A DNA stretch of 64,000 nucleotides from Klebsiella pneumoniae (lineage in GTDB: Bacteria > Pseudomonadota > Gammaproteobacteria > Eutrophobiales > Eutrophobiaceae): positions 19,387 to 83,386 of the forward strand of contig CAMDWI010000014.1 in the NCBI GenBank assembly GCA_945878555.1, written 5' to 3'. Made by a program: the position numbers and the translations under genes. How positions within the stretch are numbered: the first letter of the stretch is position 1; each line of letters starts with the position of its first letter. The notes beneath the pieces were generated by a model that was not told where the DNA came from, ran no database searches, and worked only from the letters and a program-made list of their open reading frames with translations. Positions 58,856 to 64,000 of this stretch are shown here, in pieces.

Positions 58856-61540
58856 ATGTCACAACACTATCTGCGTCAGCTGTTTGCACCTGAAACAATC
58901 GCCGTGTTTGGTGCGAGTACGACCCCCGGCTCTGTCGGGACAACCTTGTTTGCCAATCTGGTACGGGGCGGATACGCCGGTCGGCTTTATGCCATCAATC
59001 CTAAATACACGCACATAGATGGCCATCCCTGCCTGCCTGATATCCGGCAGATAGATGGCAAGGTCGACCTGGCTGTGATAACTACACCCCGCCATACCGT
59101 CGCCGACATACTGAACGCCTGTGGTGAAAAGGGAGTGCGCGCGGTCATTATTATCTCGGCTGGATTTGGCGAACAAGGTGGTGATGGCAAAGCACTGGAA
59201 CAAACTGTGCTCGATATCAGCCGACGCTATCAGATGCGCATACTTGGTCCAAACTGTCTGGGCTTGATCCACCCTTCGCTGGGTATGAATGCGACCTTCA
59301 GTAAAAACAGCGCACGCCCCGGTCAACTGGCACTGGTCTCACAATCCGGTGCATTGTGTACCGCGATGCTGGACTGGGCCGAGGCACGCGAGATCGGGTT
59401 CTCCTCGATCGTTTCACTTGGCGATACCGCCGATATTGATTTTGGAGATGTGCTGGATTATCTGGCACAGGATCCCGAGACCCACAGCATCCTGCTGTAC
59501 GTCGAGGGCATACGCCACGCCCGTCGTTTCATCAGCGGTTTGCGTATTGCTGCACGATTAAAGCCAGTGATTGTACTGAAGGCCGGACGTCACGAGGCCG
59601 GGATGCGCGCCGCGGTGACTCATACCGGGGCTATGGTAGGCGGTGATGATGTATTTGAGGCCGCGCTGCAACGTGCCGGTGCGGTGCGCGCACTGACGGT
59701 TGAGCAACTGTTTTCAGCCGCCCGCCTGCTGGCATCGCGTTACCGGGTCCGGGGCAACCGGCTCGCGATCATTACCAACGGTGGCGGACTTGGTGTGATG
59801 GCGACCGACCGCGCTATCGATCTCAATATTGAAATGGCCACGTTATCGCCTGCAACACTGCAACAACTCGACAGTACACTGCCCGCCTACTGGTCACACG
59901 CCAACCCTGTCGACTTGCTGGGTGATGCCACACCTGCGCGTTACGAGACCGCGCTGCGTGCCTGCCTGCAGGATCCGGGTGTCGATGGCGTGCTGGTGAT
60001 GCTGTCACCGCAGGCGATGACCGACGGCATGGCCTGCGCCGAAGCGGTGATCGCACTCGCCGAACAGAGTGACAAACCGGTCATGACCTGCTGGATGGGT
60101 GGTACGCTCCTGGCGGAGGCAAAACAATTATTTGCCACCCGGCATATCCCCGGTTTCAACAGTCCCGAATCCTGCATCGAAGGTTTTGCCTTTCTCGCGG
60201 CCCATTACCACAACCAGCAATTGCTGATGCAGGTCCCGGATTCGATACCTGCACACCGCGAACCGGAGCTGGATGGACCGCGACAGATCCTGCACACAGC
60301 ACTGGCAGAACAACGCCAGTTGCTGAATATAACCGAGTCGAAGGCGATACTGGACGCCTTCTCCATTCCGGTCACCCGCAGTATCAATTGTGACACTGTC
60401 GATGCCGCATTAGATGCAGCCGCCTCACTGGGATACCCGGTAGCGATGAAGATCCTTTCGCCGGATATCAGCCACAAGTCCGATGCGGGAGGGGTCCGTC
60501 TGAATATTGCCGATGCCCAGGCTCTTCGCACCACCTATGCTGATATGATCGATCAAATCCATACAAGGCTGCCGGAGGCGAACATCACCGGTGTGACCAT
60601 CGAGACGATGTACCGGCCTGTCCATGGTCGGGAGTTGATGGTCGGTGTGATCCGTGACCCGGTGTTTGGTCCTGTCATCAGCTTTGGCAGTGGCGGTATC
60701 AATGTTGAAGTCATGCATGACCGTGCACTGGCCCTGCCCCCGCTGAATACCTTCCTGATCCACAAAATGATCAGTCAGACCCGGGTGGCGGGCATGCTGC
60801 GTCAGTACCGCAATGTACCGGCAATCGACATGAACGCACTGGTGGCGGTACTTCACCGTGTATCGGACCTGGTCTGCGAACTGCCGGAGATAATCTCACT
60901 GGATATCAATCCGTTGATTGCAGACGAAAACGGGATCATCGCACTCGATGCCCGCATCGAAATCGCCGCACCTGGCGCCGGGCGGGAACGTTATGCGCAT
61001 ATGGCCATACAGCCGTACCCCGTTGATCTGGTATCAACACACCGGCTGGCAGACGGCACAGAAATCGTGATCCGGCCGATCCGCCCGGAAGATGCCGCGC
61101 TTGAAAAAAGTTTCATCAGTCGACTCTCGGCACAATCACGTTACTTCCGGTTTATGCAGGAGATCAAGGAATTGAACCAGGAGATGCTGGTCCGGTTTAC
61201 CCAGCTGGACTATGACCGGGAACTTGCACTGATTGCTGTGCTCAAAAACACAGGTGAAAGTACTGAAACCGAGCTTGGCGTTGCCAGATATATCATGAAC
61301 CCGGATGGCAAGAGTTGCGAGTTCGCCCTGGTTGTGGCGGATGAATGGCAAGGACGCGGTCTGGGAAGTCAGTTGATGAAGTTGCTGATGCGTGCTGCCC
61401 ACATGCGGGGATTTACTGAAATGAACGGCGAAGTCCTGCATGAAAATACGGCCATGCTGGATCTGGTCGCTTATCTCGGATTTAATATTACTGTGAACAA
61501 CGAGGATCCTGCTATCCGGGTCGTCAGCATACAACTCTGA
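58856..61540 (+). CDS. pat: Pat/PatZ-type protein lysine acetyltransferase (ADP-forming acyl-CoA synthetase-like domains plus C-terminal GNAT)
   Basis: Homology begins at MSQHYLRQLFAPETIAVFGAS (CoA-binding domain), followed by succinyl-CoA-synthetase-like and ATP-grasp regions. The C-terminal GNAT motif is QGRGLGSQLM. I prefer ATG 58856 (894 aa) over the track's TTG 58808. Confidence 0.85.
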   Translation: MSQHYLRQLFAPETIAVFGASTTPGSVGTTLFANLVRGGYAGRLYAINPKYTHIDGHPCLPDIRQIDGKVDLAVITTPRHTVADILNACGEKGVRAVIIISAGFGEQGGDGKALEQTVLDISRRYQMRILGPNCLGLIHPSLGMNATFSKNSARPGQLALVSQSGALCTAMLDWAEAREIGFSSIVSLGDTADIDFGDVLDYLAQDPETHSILLYVEGIRHARRFISGLRIAARLKPVIVLKAGRHEAGMRAAVTHTGAMVGGDDVFEAALQRAGAVRALTVEQLFSAARLLASRYRVRGNRLAIITNGGGLGVMATDRAIDLNIEMATLSPATLQQLDSTLPAYWSHANPVDLLGDATPARYETALRACLQDPGVDGVLVMLSPQAMTDGMACAEAVIALAEQSDKPVMTCWMGGTLLAEAKQLFATRHIPGFNSPESCIEGFAFLAAHYHNQQLLMQVPDSIPAHREPELDGPRQILHTALAEQRQLLNITESKAILDAFSIPVTRSINCDTVDAALDAAASLGYPVAMKILSPDISHKSDAGGVRLNIADAQALRTTYADMIDQIHTRLPEANITGVTIETMYRPVHGRELMVGVIRDPVFGPVISFGSGGINVEVMHDRALALPPLNTFLIHKMISQTRVAGMLRQYRNVPAIDMNALVAVLHRVSDLVCELPEIISLDINPLIADENGIIALDARIEIAAPGAGRERYAHMAIQPYPVDLVSTHRLADGTEIVIRPIRPEDAALEKSFISRLSAQSRYFRFMQEIKELNQEMLVRFTQLDYDRELALIAVLKNTGESTETELGVARYIMNPDGKSCEFALVVADEWQGRGLGSQLMKLLMRAAHMRGFTEMNGEVLHENTAMLDLVAYLGFNITVNNEDPAIRVVSIQL

Positions 61541-61558
61541 GCAATCCACCTCCTCCCT

Positions 61559-64000
61559 ATGACTGATTCAGAAAACAACCCTGACCGAACGCTCTGGCAT
61601 ACATTGTCGCCAGATACAGTTCTCAGTCTGCTGGAAAGCGGAGCAGATGGACTGTCAGAGTCTGTTGCACAAGATCGATTGCAGCAGTACGGCCCCAATA
61701 ATCTGCCGGAACAGAAACGCACAGGGGCATTAACGCGATTTCTGTTGCAGTTTCATAATGTCCTGATCTATGTATTGCTGGGTGCAGCAAGCATCACCGC
61801 CTTGTTGCAGCATCTGGTCGACACGCTGGTTATCCTCGCCGTTGTCATCGTTAATGCCATCATCGGCTTTGTCCAGGAAGGCAAGGCAGAAAAGGCGATG
61901 GAAGCTATCCGGCATATGCTCGCGCCACTGTCCTCTGTTATACGACATGGTGAAAGACACACCATCAAGGCGGAGTTATTGGTCCCGGGCGACATCGTGT
62001 TTCTGGAATCCGGAGACAGGGTGCCGGCAGACCTGCGTCTGCTTCAGACCAATGGCTTGATGATTCAGGAGTCCATCCTGACAGGTGAGTCTGTCGCAGT
62101 GGAAAAGAATGACCGGACAACTGGCGCCGATGCCGTGCTGGGTGATCGTTATTGCATGGCCTATAGCGGCACTATCGTAACCAGCGGTCAGGGCAAGGGA
62201 ATTGTTATTGCCACTGGTCAATCAACAGAAGTCGGTAAAATCGGAAGCATGCTTACAGAGGTGCAGATGCTGGTTACCCCGCTGGTCAAGCAGATGGCCA
62301 CATTTTCAAAATGGCTGACAGCGGTCATCCTGCTCGTAGCCATTGCCCTGCTTTTAACCGGTTATTTCATAATGGACCATGAATTTGCAGAGCTGTTCAT
62401 GGTCGTGGTAGGTCTGTCTGTTGCCGCCATACCGGAAGGATTACCGGCGGTATTAACAATAACACTTGCCGTTGGCGTACAGTCGATGGCCAGGCGAAAT
62501 GCCATTGTCCGTCGTCTGCCCGCAATTGAGACCCTGGGCTCCGTCTCGGTTATCTGCACTGACAAGACCGGAACATTAACCGTGAATGAAATGATGGTGG
62601 CCACTGTCATTACGGCAGAAAAAAAATACCGTGTTTCCGGTAATGGTTATAAACCTGAAGGTCTTGTCAGCAGCGATAGTGGTCCGGTTGATGTACAGGC
62701 ATCTCCGGTCTTGTCCGGAATCATGCAGGCAGGTGCGTTATGTAACGATGCAGCACTGAAACACACAGGTGATGACTGGGTCGTCCATGGCGATCCGATG
62801 GAAGGTGCGTTACTGGTGCTTGCACACAAGGGGGGGATGGCGCATGGCGACCTCCGGCGCAACTGGCCGCGCACCGATGCCATACCTTTTGATGCCGTTC
62901 ACCGTTATATGGCGACCCTGCATCACAGTCATGAAGGGATGGCCCGCGTTATTATTAAAGGGGCACCCGAACGTATAATGAGCATGTGTCACCAGCAACT
63001 TGCGGCAGACGGCTCACCGGAAATACTGGATGCAGAATATTGGCACCAGGCCGCGAATGACATTGCGACACAAGGTCAACGCGTGCTCGCGCTGGCAGTC
63101 CGTCAAGTCGCGGCTGAACATATTGTACTTGACGTTAACGATATTAACAGTGATCTGGTCCTGCTTGGCCTGGTAGGCCTGCTGGATCCCCCGCGTCCCG
63201 AGGCAATTTCCGCCATACGCGAGTGCAGGTCTGCCGGTATCGGTGTAAAAATGATCACCGGTGACCACGCCGGGACTGCGGCTGCAATAGGCAGACAGAT
63301 AGGTATTGATAATCCCGATACCGTACTGACCGGTGCGCAAATCGAGACGATGGATGAGGCTGCCCTTGTCACTTCGATAAAAACCACCAATATATTTGCC
63401 CGCACCAACCCCGAACATAAACTCAGACTGGTAATGGCCCTGCAATCACTGGGCGAGGTGGTGGCCATGACCGGGGATGGTGTCAATGATGCCCCGGCAT
63501 TAAAACGTGCAGATGCAGGGATTGCGATGGGTAAAAAAGGCAGTGACGCCGCTAAACAGGCCGCTGAACTGGTATTGGCCGACGATAATTTTGCCTCCAT
63601 TGTCGCTGCCGTGCGTGAAGGCCGGACTGTTTATAATAATCTGAAGAAGGTCATCAGCTGGACCCTGCCGACCAACGCAGGTGAAGCTACAACCATCATT
63701 GTCGCCATGTTGGCAGGCCTGACCTTGCCCATTACCCCGGTCCAGATACTCTGGATCAACCTGATTACCGCCGCCACACTGGGCATCGCCCTGGCATTTG
63801 AACCGGTTGAGACAAATACCATGCATTGCCCTCCACGCCCGCGCAACCAGCCATTACTCTCCGGTACACTGATATGGCATTGCATTTTCGTGTCTACACT
63901 TTTTGTCTTTGGCGTATTCGGCATGTTTAATTATGCGCTGGATCAGGGTTATGCGATCGAACAGGCCCGCACCATCGCTGTAAACACGCTGGTTGTTATG
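61559..64000 (+). CDS. Cation-transporting P-type ATPase (type II, Ca2+/Mg2+-like), 814 codons, 3' end outside the window
   Basis: My translation from ATG 61559 reads MTDSENNPDRTLWHTLSPDTVLSLLESGADGLSESVAQDRLQQYGPNNL... It has TGES (LTGESVAV), the phosphorylation site ICTDKTGTLT, KGAPE, MITGDH and MTGDGVNDAPALK. It stays open to nt 64000 and is absent from the ORF track because it has no stop. Confidence 0.9.
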   Translation, partial: MTDSENNPDRTLWHTLSPDTVLSLLESGADGLSESVAQDRLQQYGPNNLPEQKRTGALTRFLLQFHNVLIYVLLGAASITALLQHLVDTLVILAVVIVNAIIGFVQEGKAEKAMEAIRHMLAPLSSVIRHGERHTIKAELLVPGDIVFLESGDRVPADLRLLQTNGLMIQESILTGESVAVEKNDRTTGADAVLGDRYCMAYSGTIVTSGQGKGIVIATGQSTEVGKIGSMLTEVQMLVTPLVKQMATFSKWLTAVILLVAIALLLTGYFIMDHEFAELFMVVVGLSVAAIPEGLPAVLTITLAVGVQSMARRNAIVRRLPAIETLGSVSVICTDKTGTLTVNEMMVATVITAEKKYRVSGNGYKPEGLVSSDSGPVDVQASPVLSGIMQAGALCNDAALKHTGDDWVVHGDPMEGALLVLAHKGGMAHGDLRRNWPRTDAIPFDAVHRYMATLHHSHEGMARVIIKGAPERIMSMCHQQLAADGSPEILDAEYWHQAANDIATQGQRVLALAVRQVAAEHIVLDVNDINSDLVLLGLVGLLDPPRPEAISAIRECRSAGIGVKMITGDHAGTAAAIGRQIGIDNPDTVLTGAQIETMDEAALVTSIKTTNIFARTNPEHKLRLVMALQSLGEVVAMTGDGVNDAPALKRADAGIAMGKKGSDAAKQAAELVLADDNFASIVAAVREGRTVYNNLKKVISWTLPTNAGEATTIIVAMLAGLTLPITPVQILWINLITAATLGIALAFEPVETNTMHCPPRPRNQPLLSGTLIWHCIFVSTLFVFGVFGMFNYALDQGYAIEQARTIAVNTLVVM

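Noticed and set aside
61541-61558. CACCTCCT in the 18-nt pat-ATPase spacer (identical to the 16S anti-SD, so a strong AGGAGGTG SD on the minus strand), next to a 137-aa antisense ORF at 61136-61549
   Set aside because: The only in-frame minus-strand start (GTG 61549) abuts the SD with no spacer, and the nearest ATG is 18 nt away and out of frame. The ORF lies antisense to the conserved GNAT domain and has no recognisable features. I note only that the ATPase itself lacks an SD.
1-64000. Looked for tRNA, rRNA, tmRNA, RNase P RNA, 4.5S RNA, CRISPR arrays, IS elements, integrases, prophage genes, and toxin-antitoxin or defence systems
   Set aside because: I found no T-loop/acceptor-type sequences, no regularly spaced direct repeats, no transposase or integrase-like ORFs and no recognisable defence gene signatures. 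The only repeat family is the three-copy hairpin element reported above.

Overview
This window looks like core chromosome from a gammaproteobacterium. The call rests on synteny: gyrA-serC-pheA-tyrA-aroA-cmk-rpsA-ihfB-lapA-lapB-pyrF-mfd and nrdR-ribD-ribE-ribBA-ribH-nusB-thiL, both on the minus strand. It carries about 55 genes, nearly all recognisable housekeeping functions. These include dxs, rng, yhdP, mnmA, acnA, a fumC-like gene, glyA, ppsA, mtnA/mtaD, mlaA and mlaFEDCB. I found no rRNA, tRNA, CRISPR array, transposase, integrase, phage gene or recognisable defence system. The feature the gene map does not explain is a three-copy intergenic element at 12227-12344, 19566-19681 and 55377-55486. 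Each copy has a nearly invariant 61-nt two-hairpin core. Each core is enclosed by a 19-26 bp inverted repeat that pairs almost perfectly within a copy but is unrelated between copies. Secondary points are listed here. (1) Two tandem, translationally coupled Ser/Thr kinase paralogs sit at the left edge, the complete one carrying a cNMP-binding domain. (2) A fumC / CheY-like receiver / unknown 158-aa gene string follows acnA. (3) A likely lineage-specific block (45.6-51.5 kb) encodes a secreted two-domain beta-propeller phytase and a Tat-exported PhoX-like protein, each behind a Pho-box-like promoter. (4) A Cys/His-rich membrane protein of unknown function lies behind a perfect direct repeat. 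Several six-frame ORFs are 5'-extended artefacts, and I give corrected starts for them. All product calls come from my own motif and family recognition. No database search was run.
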